Positions 40,970 to 51,550 of a stretch of DNA of 64,000 nt are shown here, one piece after another. Both the position numbers and the translations under genes were made by a program. The stretch lies in NCBI GenBank assembly GCA_041393235.1, contig JAWKKO010000005.1, positions 117,186-181,185 of the forward strand, given 5' to 3'. Within the stretch, counting starts at the first letter, position 1, and each line of letters opens with the position of its first letter. Source of the DNA: Bacteroidales bacterium (lineage in GTDB: Bacteria > Bacteroidota > Bacteroidia > Bacteroidales > GCA-2748055). The notes below the pieces were generated by a model. That model ran no database searches and had not been told where the DNA came from. It was given only the letters and a program-made list of their open reading frames with translations.

Positions 40970-43392
40970 TTGCTTTTGAACCGGTCCATTCTCCTTTTTA
41001 CCTTCCTCCTGCCGGGTCTCTCCTGCTTTTCACAGGAGGAATCCTTGCTGGTGGTCGAAACCCAGGACAATGAAACCCGCTTTGTTTCCCTGGGACCATC
41101 CGGGGAAGGCTGGGAGCAAACCCTTTCCTTTGTCGCTCTCCGGGATCAGCTGCCGGAGTTTCTTCCGGAACCGGGTGTGACCGGCGATTTCACGGGAAAC
41201 GGCGGGAAGGAAGTGGCATTGCTCGGGAAGATGACGTTTTCCCCGAACATGAATCCTGCCTTCACATGTTCCAGCGTTGTGGTTTTCCGGAACGAACCCA
41301 CGGGCCTCCTGCCCCTGGGAACCTGGTACCAGGACCTGGAAAGCAGCCTGAATTTTGAACATGTGGACTTTGCCGTGGCGGGTGATTTCAACCGGGATGG
41401 CGGACGACATCGCCCTGCTGTACAACGACCCGGCATCCGATGTCCAGAGAATCGATGTCCTGGAATCCAACGGCACCGGTTTCGGCTTGATCCGGTTCCC
41501 TATTTCGAAACGGTCCGGACCGAATTCAATTTCACCGCCGTGAAATATGCCCTCGGCGGTGATTTCAATGGCAACGGCAAAGCCGACATTGCGGTCTTCT
41601 ACGATTACTTTGGGACGGATCCGGAAACCCCCCAACGGATTTTTCTGTTCGAATCGGGGGACCGCACCTTTGCCCTCCTGCCGCCTCACCACGACACAGA
41701 AAAGGAGGACCTGGATTTTGATTTTGTCCGGGCTGCCTGTGCGGAAGACCTTGACGGGGATGGAACCTCCGATCTGGTGTTCTTTACGGCGATCCTGTCG
41801 AGCCAACCCATTCCCTCCTCTTTCTGAAGGGGGGCAGCGGTGGATTTCCTCCGGCCGAGGTCTGGTATGCGGAGAGCAATGAACGCCTCGACCCAACGCT
41901 GCTGAAGTCCCTGAATGCAGGGCGGTACGACGGGGATGAGATCCCGGACCTGATTGCCTGTTTCCTGCAGGAGGATCAGGAAGGAAGTGAAATCCATCTC
42001 TTTTCCGGAAGCGGGCACTCTTTCTCCGGGTCCGAACTTGTTTTCTCCGGCCCGGGCCTGTGGCTTCAGGATCCGGTTGTCGTGCTTGGGGGACTTGCCC
42101 GGCCTTCCCCCCGCATTCGCGCCACAACCTGGAAAGACAACCGCAAAGGTGCCCTCAGTTTCACCTTCGATGACGGAGCGGCCGGTGCCTTCCGGCACGG
42201 TGCCGACTGCCTGGACCAGGCCGGTCTGAAAGGGACCTTTTACATTTTTTCCGATACGACAAAGATCTACGACTTCCCCATCGCCGATTCTGCTCTGGTA
42301 TCCGCCTACCGGATCAGGGGTTTTGAAATCGCTTCCCACACCCTGAACCATGCCAACCTGGGGACGCTGACCGGCGAAGGAAAAATCGATTCGGTCCGAT
42401 CCCTCCTCCGTCAGTCCAAAGCGGAGCTGGACGCCCGCTACCGGCAGAACACCCTGAGTCTTTCCATTCCCTACGGAAGTTTCCGGTACGAAACCCTGGA
42501 TCTCATCGCCGAAACCTTTGCCACGGCCCGAAGCAGCCGGTATGGCTACAACCTGGCCACGCCGTTGCAAATGCATGCCCTGAAGAGCCTGCCCGTTCTC
42601 AGCACCACCAGCGTCGAAGCAGTCCTCGCCTGGGTCCGGAATGCGGAACACTACGGCTCCTACCTGCCCTTGATGTATCATGAGATTGCCGCGGAAGCCT
42701 TCGACCCCGCAACGGCGATCTATACCTATGCACTGCCCGACCTGCAACGAACGATCGATTCGGTGTTGCAACATGACCTGTGGGTGGACACCCACGAAAA
42801 TGTCTACAAATACATCCGGGAACGCAATGCCCTCACCGTGGAAACAGTGGCAACGGAGGATGGAACTCTTCAATTCATGGCGGAGGATGGCTTGCCCGAT
42901 TCGGTCTTCGACGTGGAACTCACCCTGTGGATTCCGCTCCCGGCCGACTGGGGAGAAGACAGTGCCACCCTGGTTCGAAACGATGAGCTCGTCCATGTTG
43001 CCGTATCTGAAAAGGCCGGAAACCGATGGATTTTCTGCAACCTTCCACCGGACGGTTCCCTGATCAGCATCCACGATGGTTTGTACGATCCAACCCTTTC
43101 CGCACCACCAAGGATTCCTTCAACGGCATCTCCCCTGCTGCTCTACCCGAATCCCGTGGCATCCGGGGAGCTGCACTTCCGTGCATTCCTTCCATCGTCC
43201 GGACCCTGCAGCATCCAGGTTTTTGATGCCCGGGGAAGGTTGGCGTATTCGTCGGAACGGGGATCCCAGGCTGCAGGAACATTCGAAAGTCAGATTCCAA
43301 CGACCGGATTGGCCTCCGGGCTGTATACGCTGTTGGTGAGGCAAGGCGTTGATGTCCTTGGAACGGGATCCTTTTTAAAAATACATCCCTGA
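40970..43392 (+). pseudogene. FG-GAP/VCBS-repeat protein with canonical NodB-type polysaccharide deacetylase domain and T9SS C-terminal sorting domain; reading frame changes three times
   Basis: A TTG start gives LLLNRSILLFTFLLPGLSCFSQ. FG-GAP repeats are GDFTGNGGKEVALL, GDFNRDG.., GDFNGNGKADIAVFY and DLDGDGTSDLVFF. The CE4 motifs are FTFDDG and SHTLNH. The C-terminus LLLYPNPVASGELHF is T9SS-CTD-like. The sense continues in other frames at about 41399, 41497 and 41788. Confidence 0.7.
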
Positions 43393-43430
43393 GACCCGTT
43401 TCCTGCCCGTCCCGGCTCCGGAAGCCGCGA

Positions 43431-44645
43431 TCAGAAGGTCTTGAATGTCAGATAAAAACGACTACCATGACCCTCTTCGCTTTCTGCCCAGATGCGGGAC
43501 CTGTGCAAGTCCATGAATTCCTTGCACAGAACCAGTCCAAGGCCGGATCCCTTTTCCCGGCCCGTGCCATCGGTGGACGCATTGATTTTGGAATGAAACA
43601 ATTCCTGTAGCCTCTTTTCGTGGATTCCGATTCCCGTATCCTCCACACATACGGTGATTTCGTCGCCCGATCGACTGCCTGAATTCACCTCATACACCTC
43701 GACCGAACCATCTTGGTGGCAGTACTTGATTGCATTGGAAAGGAGGTTCCTGAAAATGGTGGAGATCATGAATTCGTCGCTCAGAACCTTCCGGGACGGA
43801 TCCACCCGGTTGCCAAAAGCAATCCCCTTGCTTTTCCACATCGATTCGTACACATCCGCACTCTCCTGGATGATTTTCCGAAGCGGGATGGGTTCAAAAT
43901 CCGGATCAAACATGTCCTGCTGCAGCTTGGCCCAGATCAGCAGGTTGTCTGCGAGGTTGAAGATCCGGTGGGAACTCTCACTGATGTGCCGGATGTATTT
44001 TTTGTGCTGGGCTGCATCGAATTCGTCGTACTGATTTTGCAGGATGTCCACAAATCCCAGGAGAGAATTGAAGGGTGCCTTGATGTCATGAGCCACCAGA
44101 GAAAACAGGGTCTCTTTGGTCCGGTTGCTTTCGGAAAGGCGTTGATTTGCTTCCACAAGGCGTCTGGTTCTCTCCTCCACTGCCTCATTGAGGGTTTCGT
44201 TTTGCTTGATCAGCTTTTGAAGCGGGTACATCTCTCCTTCCTCCTGCATGTCGTTCGGTGTGGAAATGTGATGGTGGACAATCAGGAAACGGTCCCCTTC
44301 GGTGGATATCAACATCGAATAACGCAACGGGTCGATCGCAAAGGCAATTCCATCCGCCTCCCCGTTGATGGCAAGTTCACCGGAAACAACACAATAATGC
44401 GGGGTCTCGACCTGCACATTGATTTCAAGTTTTGAATAACGAACCGGCTCGCTGACCTCCTCCATATCGAGCCGGTACAATCGCAACGATTCCCGGGCCG
44501 TTCTGCCGACTTCATCAAAGCCTGTGCCGATCACCGTTATGTCGGGAGATAAAAACGAAACGACCTTTGCATAGTCCCGTTCCGTAAAATAGGCCCGGAA
44601 ATAGTCCCCGACAAAGGCAGCGATCTCCTTTTTTCTGGACTCCAT
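43431..44645 (-). CDS. Cytoplasmic sensor histidine kinase with NTF2/SnoaL-like N-terminal domain
   Basis: ATG at 44645 (MESRKKEIAAFVGDYFRAYF...). H-box is SLVAHDIKAPFNSLLGF. ATPase boxes are NLLSNAIKYC, VEDTGIGI and GSGLGLVLCKE. Confidence 0.85.
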   Translation of the reverse strand: MESRKKEIAAFVGDYFRAYFTERDYAKVVSFLSPDITVIGTGFDEVGRTARESLRLYRLDMEEVSEPVRYSKLEINVQVETPHYCVVSGELAINGEADGIAFAIDPLRYSMLISTEGDRFLIVHHHISTPNDMQEEGEMYPLQKLIKQNETLNEAVEERTRRLVEANQRLSESNRTKETLFSLVAHDIKAPFNSLLGFVDILQNQYDEFDAAQHKKYIRHISESSHRIFNLADNLLIWAKLQQDMFDPDFEPIPLRKIIQESADVYESMWKSKGIAFGNRVDPSRKVLSDEFMISTIFRNLLSNAIKYCHQDGSVEVYEVNSGSRSGDEITVCVEDTGIGIHEKRLQELFHSKINASTDGTGREKGSGLGLVLCKEFMDLHRSRIWAESEEGHGSRFYLTFKTF

Positions 44646-44973
44646 GGTTTCTTCCTTTGTAATATTCCAAATTGTCCCCCCCTTGACAAACGAAGGCTCG
44701 AGCCCTCCCTTGCTTTGATGAAGCTCCCAGTATAGCACCGGGACAAAGATTGCCAGATTCTATGGGTGGGGTTCGACAGGTTCCATGGATGCCAAGATAG
44801 TCACCTCATGCGGTTTTCCGGTCATTGGATTGTTATTTTATCGATTTTTCCTGAGAGAACAGGGGGATGAACAACAGGATCAATTAGCTCTGGTGTTCCA
44901 GCATCCAATTCAATGCTTCCATGCCGGAGGAAGCATCTCCATCGGTCATGCCGTTCATCGGATTCTGGTTGGA

Positions 44974-45705
44974 TCAATGGACATGACAGCTTCTCAACGC
45001 TTTTTTCAGCATCTCTGTTTTCATCCCTTCCAAAGGCACCGACAGGGACAGAAGGATGCCTCCCGTCACCATCAGGGCATGTTCATCCGGTTCCATGAAT
45101 GCCTCATCCAGCGGATCACTGTTCTCCAGAATCACCTTGGAGACAAGGGTCAGTCCGGTCGCGAGAGAAACAAACTGGAGGACCCGGATCTGACCCGCCT
45201 TTCTTACAAACCGTCTTGCCTGCGGATCGAGCACGGTTTCATTCCTGACATTCCGATACGACAGTTTTGCATACGAACCCTCGTCCATTTGGTAGTAATT
45301 CGAAATGGAACGGGGCGTCTGGTTCCATCCATTGAATTTCTGAACTTCGGTGTACAAAACGACACAATCCCCCGTCTCCTTTTTCATGATCCTTTCTGCA
45401 TAGCCAAACCGCTTTCCGGCACCCGTGGGAAATTTATCCAGTTGGAAGTACGTCCCCTTCGAATCATATCCATCGTAATGCTTGATTTCTTTCAACCGGA
45501 TCACGGTATGGTCGGAACCCTTCACCTGAACCAACGGACACCCCAGGAGTCGACCGTCTTTTAGCCGGAGCCACTCCGCATGGATCACACTGTCATTCTC
45601 CAAAAGGATTTCAAACCCTGGTTTCCGGCAATCAGTTTGAATCTGAGCGGACAGGAATCCCGACACCAACATGCAAAGGGTCGCAGCAAGAATCTTATGA
45701 ATCAT
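44974..45705 (-). CDS. Hypothetical secreted protein
   Basis: ATG at 45705 gives MIHKILAATLCMLVSGFLSAQ. No family recognised. GC is lower than the window average. Confidence 0.5.
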   Translation of the reverse strand: MIHKILAATLCMLVSGFLSAQIQTDCRKPGFEILLENDSVIHAEWLRLKDGRLLGCPLVQVKGSDHTVIRLKEIKHYDGYDSKGTYFQLDKFPTGAGKRFGYAERIMKKETGDCVVLYTEVQKFNGWNQTPRSISNYYQMDEGSYAKLSYRNVRNETVLDPQARRFVRKAGQIRVLQFVSLATGLTLVSKVILENSDPLDEAFMEPDEHALMVTGGILLSLSVPLEGMKTEMLKKALRSCHVH

Positions 45706-45734
45706 CGGGGAAAGAGGCCGCATTCCGAATGAAC

Positions 45735-46220
45735 CTAAAATCGGAGAGACAAGCCGATTCCCTGTCCCGACATCGTCAATTGCAATTCACTCCGCTCCCG
45801 GAAGGTACTCGTTCGCAGCCCGCCATTGAATGTATCCACCGCAAGTTTCGTTTTTTTCATGGCGCTTTGATTGATGGGAATGGAAACGACGAACAGGCCG
45901 GCTCCGATTCCTGCCAGCGTCCAGTTGGGATCCCCGCCGCCAAGGGCGGTTCCGATCGGCCATCCCACCATGAAACCACCCGCAAAACTGCAGATCATTG
46001 CCATGGTATAGGTCGATTGGGCAGCTTTGATCTCTTGATAGGCCTGCTCATTCGGTTTCATCGCTTCCACAAGTTGTCCCATGGTGAGCCTCTGTTCTCC
46101 CTGGAAAAATTGATAGCCTCCGAATGCTTTTTTCATGGAAAGGGAATCGACCGGTGACTGGCCGAATGTGCTGCAGAATCCCAGTACAAGAAGGGCGATG
46201 AGTGTGAAGGATTTTTTCAT
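45735..46220 (-). CDS. Hypothetical secreted/membrane protein
   Basis: N-terminus MKKSFTLIALLVLGFCSTFGQ. A Gly-rich hydrophobic central segment is present (FAGGFMVGWPIGTALGGG). No family recognised. Confidence 0.5.
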   Translation of the reverse strand: MKKSFTLIALLVLGFCSTFGQSPVDSLSMKKAFGGYQFFQGEQRLTMGQLVEAMKPNEQAYQEIKAAQSTYTMAMICSFAGGFMVGWPIGTALGGGDPNWTLAGIGAGLFVVSIPINQSAMKKTKLAVDTFNGGLRTSTFRERSELQLTMSGQGIGLSLRF

Positions 46221-46353
46221 GTTGGGTTGGGGTTGGCTTTGGTTTATACTGAATTCGCTCTGTACAGGTTACAATTCATTTTGGCCACAGCCTGAGAAAT
46301 GTTGTGGCAGGTGATCTCAACAAAACCTCTTTCCTGGATTTTGGGCCGACCGA

Positions 46354-46704
46354 TCAATGGATGATTTCCACCTCCTGGGGTACACGAAACATCACAACGC
46401 ACCCTGTTTCGGTTTTTACGGAATGTTTGAAGGTCGGAGGGGTGTGGAGATAATCTCCTTTGCTCAACTTGGTGTCATTGAAAAAAACCTCGCCTTCCAG
46501 GACAAAAGCCTCTTCACCAGCCGGATGATTGTGGTATGGATAGGAGGCTCCTGCTTCGAACTTCAACAGAAAAGCGGGAGCTCGTTTGGTTGCTTCGTCA
46601 AAGTGCAGCACTTTGATGAAAATCCCTTCGGTATGTACGCCTTCTTCCAACAATGGCTTCCATACCAGGGTCTCACTTTTTGTAATGTATTTGTCCATGC
46701 CCAT
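46354..46704 (-). CDS. Cupin-domain protein (ChrR-like cupin)
   Basis: 116 aa with the cupin metal-site-like pattern PYHNHPAGEEAFVLEGE...H. Confidence 0.65.
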   Translation of the reverse strand: MGMDKYITKSETLVWKPLLEEGVHTEGIFIKVLHFDEATKRAPAFLLKFEAGASYPYHNHPAGEEAFVLEGEVFFNDTKLSKGDYLHTPPTFKHSVKTETGCVVMFRVPQEVEIIH

Positions 46705-46948
46705 GTGATACGTATGTAAGATTTAAAAGAATAACTCCCCATCCATAAACTGAAAGCCCTCCCGGAAAATCGTTGCAATCACGGACGGTTCCTCGGGTGA
46801 GAAACCGGAACAACAAGCGCTGCGGGGGTTTGCTTTCTTTGCTCCAAAAACGTTGGTAGAATTCCGAACACAAGGTAGTATATTATTGGTTCGGTTCCAA
46901 TGTGTGTGCATGGTTCCCTCCGGCTGCTGACCTGCTTTGATCCTTTGG

Positions 46949-48133
46949 TCAGGAAACTTTTTCCATTTTGTTTGCGGTAGGCATGGAGCTAACTTCACGG
47001 GCCTCGGGAACGGCAACATAAAATATGGATCCTTTGCCCTCCTCGGATTCAAACCAAATCCGGCCCCCAAGCAAATCCACCATCGCCTTGCTGATGGACA
47101 ATCCCACGCCGCAACCCTGAATGCCGGAATCCAAACGGTTGTCTGCCTTGCTGAAACAATTGAACACAAGCTGATGCTTCTCCTTTGGAATGCCGATTCC
47201 TGTATCCCTTACCGTTACTTCGATGGAGGCGTCCTCTTTTCTCAACATCAGGCCCGTGCTCCCTCCCCGCGGAGTGAATTGGAGCGCATTTTCCAGCAAA
47301 TGGTGCACAATGGACGAAAGAATCTCCGGGTCGGAGAGGAACAAGCGTTTGCGGTCGCTGTCGTCCCGCACCTCCCAGGCAAAGGAAATTCCTTTCCTGC
47401 GGAAACTACGTTCGTATTTCCGGGCCAGCATCCGGACAAGGTCTGAGGTGAAAACTGGCTCCAGGTGAACAGGGTAGGTACCAGATTTCAACTGAGCCAT
47501 TTTCAGCAAATCGTTTATGGTATCGATCAAGCGGCGTCCGCTGCGTTCGATCAGGGAGGAAAACTGCTTCAGCTCTTTGTAAGTATAGGTTTGCTTTTTG
47601 AGCAAATCCATGAAACCCAGGATCCCGTTCATGGGGGTGCGAATCTCGTGGCTAAGATTCGCAAGAAAGGCAGATTTCAGGCGATCGCTAGCCTCCGCGC
47701 GCCGTTTTTCCATACCCAATTCCTCGTTCAGCTGTTCCATCTCCTGAATCTGTCGATGCAACACCTCGTTGAGAAAACGGAGTCTCTCCTGCTGCCGGAT
47801 GACGCGCAGGAAAAAAACGGCGACAACCAGAGCAACCCCTCCCCCATAAAAAACAGGAATGTAAAAACCACGCAGGGCCAATGGAAAGCCGCTTAGGGTC
47901 TTTTGAAACACGGAAAGGAAGAATAGCAGGGATGCACCCAGGAAAAATGCAGAAAGGAAAAAACCAAGGACATGGCGGAAGGAACGCAATCGGTGCTGTT
48001 CCGGAGTATCCTGACTCGAATGGACTTCCTGCCTTCGGCTTCGTTTGTACTTCCGGACACAATGCCACACGGCTGCAAACCAGAAAAGGGCAAGAAAACC
48101 GGGTGCGGCGAACCACAACACTCTTTCATCCAT
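46949..48133 (-). CDS. Membrane-bound sensor histidine kinase
   Basis: ATG at 48133 (MDERVLWFAAPGFLALFWFAAVW). Three to four TM segments. H-box is FLANLSHEIRTPMNGILGF. ATPase boxes are HLLENALQFT, VRDTGIGI and GVGLSISKAMVDLLGG. Confidence 0.85.
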   Translation of the reverse strand: MDERVLWFAAPGFLALFWFAAVWHCVRKYKRSRRQEVHSSQDTPEQHRLRSFRHVLGFFLSAFFLGASLLFFLSVFQKTLSGFPLALRGFYIPVFYGGGVALVVAVFFLRVIRQQERLRFLNEVLHRQIQEMEQLNEELGMEKRRAEASDRLKSAFLANLSHEIRTPMNGILGFMDLLKKQTYTYKELKQFSSLIERSGRRLIDTINDLLKMAQLKSGTYPVHLEPVFTSDLVRMLARKYERSFRRKGISFAWEVRDDSDRKRLFLSDPEILSSIVHHLLENALQFTPRGGSTGLMLRKEDASIEVTVRDTGIGIPKEKHQLVFNCFSKADNRLDSGIQGCGVGLSISKAMVDLLGGRIWFESEEGKGSIFYVAVPEAREVSSMPTANKMEKVS

Positions 48134-48280
48134 CGCGTTGCTCTCCAGTCTTCCGGGAAAACGGGGATCCACCCCTAAAGATAAGACTTTCCCCCATGCC
48201 AGTCCAGCGATGCCACAACAATTTGATCGGATTCCCTCTTCCGATGGTATCGACCCGAATTCTTGTGCCAAACTGTGGTA

Positions 48281-50428
48281 TTACTTCCTTCGCAGGAGTT
48301 TTGCCAGACTTTTGCCAATTTCATCCAGTTTGCTGATGGGTTCCGCCAGGGACGGGTTGGTCAAATCGATGGTTTCCGTGTCTTTGACGCCAATCTGTAC
48401 CGGATAGATGAGTATGAAACCATGGGACTGGAAATGCCGGTCGAGGTAGCCGGGGATGTTTGCCATGCTATCATTGTAGGAGGGTTTGTTTACCCGGCTC
48501 AGTACGATGATCAGATTGTCGTCTTTTTTGATTTCCCCGGACAGACGCAGGAAGTTATCCCAGTCTTCAAAGACGGTGATGTCTGCCTCGATGGAGTGCT
48601 TCGTCAGCAGGCTTTGAATGATCCGTACCGAGGATTCCCCGGCATAAAAGACGAGCTTCGTACCCGAGTTCTTTGCCAGGTTGATCACCTTCGACAGCCA
48701 GAAGGCAAATCCGATGACCCGTTCGGCATGCACGGGAAGGATGACCACATGACGTTTGATGGTGGAAATCGGCTGAACGGGTTTGTAAATGAACGTGGTG
48801 GTGTTGCATTTTGCCAGGATGCCTTCCGCCAGCCTTCCGATGTAAGACTCGGGGATTTCACTTTTCACATGGAGTCCGATGACGAGGTCCGTGATGCTGT
48901 GTTCCTTGATGACGCCCGTGATCCCATTGGCCACGTTCATGTCGTAGCGCAACAATTTGTTCAATTGGATATCGATCGCGGAGGCGAATATGGCAGCTTT
49001 ATCGAGAACCCTTTTTGCCTTCGTCTCTGCATCCGGTTCCTCTGTGTCGTTGTCGATGATGTGAAGCGCATACAAGTGCTTCTTGTTGCTCCTGGATTTG
49101 AGCAGGGCACTGAGACCAATCAATTCTTCCAGGGTGTCCGGATTGCTTACCGGAATGAGGATTTTCTCCGTGGATGCACTGTCGCTCTTTTCCATGATGG
49201 AGGATTCCTTCAGAGAAATGTTCTTCCCTCCCTTCTGGGCTGCAAAGGTGGCAATCGTGCAGGTAAGAAGGATCATGATGATGGTTCCGTTCAGAATGCC
49301 TTCGCTCAGCAACCGAATGGGTTCCCCGGCATCCGTCTCACCCAGAATCACATTGTATCCAACGAGAACGGCAGCGAGGGTGGCCGCTGCCTGGGCATTG
49401 CTCAACCCGAAAATCATTCTTCGTTCGTTGGTCGAAAACCGAAAGGTTTTCTGGGTGAGCCAGGCCGCAGTGAATTTTGCCGAGGTGGCAACCACCGTCA
49501 TCACTCCCGCGATTTTCAGCGTTTCGAAATCCTGGAAGAAGGCCCGGTAATCCACGAGCATTCCGACCCCGATCAGGAAAAATGGGATGAAAATGGCATT
49601 CCCCACGAACTCGATCCGGTTCATCAGGGACGAGGTGGAGGGAATCAACCGGTTCATGGCCAAACCGGACAAGAATGCCCCGATGATGGCTTCAATTCCG
49701 GCAGCCTCTGCAAGCACTGCCCCCAGAAAAACCATGACGAGTACGAAGATGTACTGGGACACCTTGTCCTCGAATCGTTTCAGGAACCAGCTGCCGATGA
49801 TCGGGAAAAGCCACAGGATGACAAGGCCAAATCCCAGAATGGAAAGGGTGAGTCGTGTCCAGAACATGGAATCCACCTCGCCGGAGGTCATTCCGACGAT
49901 GACGGCCAGAACCAGCAATGCAAGGGTGTCCGTGATCATGGTTCCGCCCACAGCGACCTGCACGGCCCGGTTTTTTGTCACGCCCAGTTCGCTCAGGATC
50001 GGATAGACGATCAGCGTGTGGGATGCGTACATGCTGGCCACCAGGATGGAGGAGAGCAGGGACAAATGCAGCAGATACAAACTGGACAAGGTCCCAAGGA
50101 TCATGGGGATGAGAAAGGTATACAGACCAAACAGCAGACTCTTTGAGCTGTTCCGTCGGAACTCCGTCAGATTGATTTCCAATCCGGCAAGAAACATGAT
50201 GTACAGGAGTCCAGCCGTACCCGACAGGATGATGCCGCTGTCCCTCAACAACAGGTTGACTCCGTTGGGCCCGATGATGGCACCGGCAAGGATCAGACCC
50301 AGAATCGGGGGAATTCTCAGCTTGTTTAGAAGAATGGGCGCGGCAAGGATGATGACCAGGATGACCAGGAACTTCAACACGGGGTTTGTCAAAGGCAGGG
50401 TCAACTCAAATGCGGCGAGCATTGCCAT
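48281..50428 (-). CDS. Cation:proton antiporter (Na+/H+ exchanger family) with C-terminal USP-like cytoplasmic domains
   Basis: 715 aa. The N-terminal ~400 aa are polytopic ([14 protein letters not shown]..., [10 protein letters not shown]). The C-terminal soluble region shows two USP-like repeats. Confidence 0.85.
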   Translation of the reverse strand: MAMLAAFELTLPLTNPVLKFLVILVIILAAPILLNKLRIPPILGLILAGAIIGPNGVNLLLRDSGIILSGTAGLLYIMFLAGLEINLTEFRRNSSKSLLFGLYTFLIPMILGTLSSLYLLHLSLLSSILVASMYASHTLIVYPILSELGVTKNRAVQVAVGGTMITDTLALLVLAVIVGMTSGEVDSMFWTRLTLSILGFGLVILWLFPIIGSWFLKRFEDKVSQYIFVLVMVFLGAVLAEAAGIEAIIGAFLSGLAMNRLIPSTSSLMNRIEFVGNAIFIPFFLIGVGMLVDYRAFFQDFETLKIAGVMTVVATSAKFTAAWLTQKTFRFSTNERRMIFGLSNAQAAATLAAVLVGYNVILGETDAGEPIRLLSEGILNGTIIMILLTCTIATFAAQKGGKNISLKESSIMEKSDSASTEKILIPVSNPDTLEELIGLSALLKSRSNKKHLYALHIIDNDTEEPDAETKAKRVLDKAAIFASAIDIQLNKLLRYDMNVANGITGVIKEHSITDLVIGLHVKSEIPESYIGRLAEGILAKCNTTTFIYKPVQPISTIKRHVVILPVHAERVIGFAFWLSKVINLAKNSGTKLVFYAGESSVRIIQSLLTKHSIEADITVFEDWDNFLRLSGEIKKDDNLIIVLSRVNKPSYNDSMANIPGYLDRHFQSHGFILIYPVQIGVKDTETIDLTNPSLAEPISKLDEIGKSLAKLLRRK

Positions 50429-50584
50429 GGGGCTCCGTTTCTAGCTCCCGCAAAGATAGAAAATGGAGGGATTTGTATGTCAGAGGCGCCTGGTCCAGTC
50501 GCGTTTTTTGTGCAATTGAACCAGAGGATTTTATCTTTGCGTACAAAGACGTTCATTTTCTCTAAGATTTGCTTCGGAAAACCC

Positions 50585-50830
50585 ATGAAATGCCGTGATC
50601 ATTGCGGGGCATGCTGCGTTGCCCCCTCCATCTCCTCCCCCATTCCGGGCATGCCCGACGGGAAGCCGGCCGGCGTGGCCTGCATCCATCTGTCCGAGGA
50701 TTTCCGGTGCCTGATCTACGATCATCCCAACCGTCCCAAAGTCTGCGATGCCTTTCAGGCCGATCCCCTGGTGTGCGGCACCTCCCGGGAAGAAGCCATC
50801 ATTCTCCTCACCGCCCTGGAGTACGATTGA
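50585..50830 (+). CDS. YkgJ-type cysteine-cluster (CxxCxxCC) protein
   Basis: ATG at 50585 gives [12 protein letters not shown]...GVACIHL...FRCLIY...KVCDAF. The family call is from the Cys pattern only. Confidence 0.6.
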   Translation: MKCRDHCGACCVAPSISSPIPGMPDGKPAGVACIHLSEDFRCLIYDHPNRPKVCDAFQADPLVCGTSREEAIILLTALEYD

Positions 50831-50838
50831 CCCGGTGG

Positions 50839-51540
50839 CTACAGTCTCTGCAGCAAGATTTCCTTCAATTCCCTTTTTACCACCTCAAAATCCAGGGGAC
50901 GGCCCAGCTCCTTCGCCATGGAGGTGACGCCCTTGGTCTGGAAGCCGCAGGGATTGATGTAGGTAAAATAATCCAGGTTGGTGTTCACGTTCAGGGCGAA
51001 TCCGTGCATGGTGACATACCGGCTGCTTCGAACCCCGATGGCGCAGATCTTCCGGGTCAGGGCCGGCCTGTCGGTGTCCAGCCACACGCCGGTGGCGCCT
51101 TCCAGGCGGGTGGCCGTGATGCCGTAGAAGGCCAGGATGGCGATGATGCCGTCCTCCAGAAGGGCGATGTATTGCTTCAGGCCCAGGCCGCGTTCCTCCA
51201 GATCCAAGATGGGATAGCCCACGATCTGACCCGGACCGTGGTAGGTGATGTCGCCGCCCCGGTTGGTCTTGAAATAGGTGGCCCCGATGTTCTTCAGAAA
51301 TTCGTCACGGATCAGCAAATTGCCTTCGTCTCCGCTCTTTCCCAGTGTGTACACGTGGGGATGCTCGCAGAACAACAGGTATTGGGCGGGCTTCCTCTCC
51401 TGTGGTTTCCGTTTGTGTTCCACCAGCTTGTGGAAGCGATCTTCCTGGGTTTCCCAGGCCCGGGCGTACTCCATGAGGCCCAGGTCTTCGAATTCGATAG
51501 GAGTTCTGTGGTCCATACCTTGTCGCTGCTTGAACGACAA
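50839..51540 (-). CDS. lipB: Lipoyl(octanoyl) transferase
   Basis: Motifs FCEHPHVYTLGKSG, RGGDITYHGPGQIVGYPIL and KICAIGV. The start may be the internal Met 8 codons downstream. Confidence 0.9.
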   Translation of the reverse strand: MSFKQRQGMDHRTPIEFEDLGLMEYARAWETQEDRFHKLVEHKRKPQERKPAQYLLFCEHPHVYTLGKSGDEGNLLIRDEFLKNIGATYFKTNRGGDITYHGPGQIVGYPILDLEERGLGLKQYIALLEDGIIAILAFYGITATRLEGATGVWLDTDRPALTRKICAIGVRSSRYVTMHGFALNVNTNLDYFTYINPCGFQTKGVTSMAKELGRPLDFEVVKRELKEILLQRL

Positions 51541-51550
51541 AAGTAGGGAA

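Noticed and set aside
44913-44936. 8-bp stem (atgcttcc / ggaagcat) with an 8-nt loop, 38 nt downstream of the 44974 gene, inside a 230-330-nt unassigned gap.
   Set aside because: No U-tract follows it and I could not recognise a conserved RNA family. The evidence is too weak to call a terminator or ncRNA.
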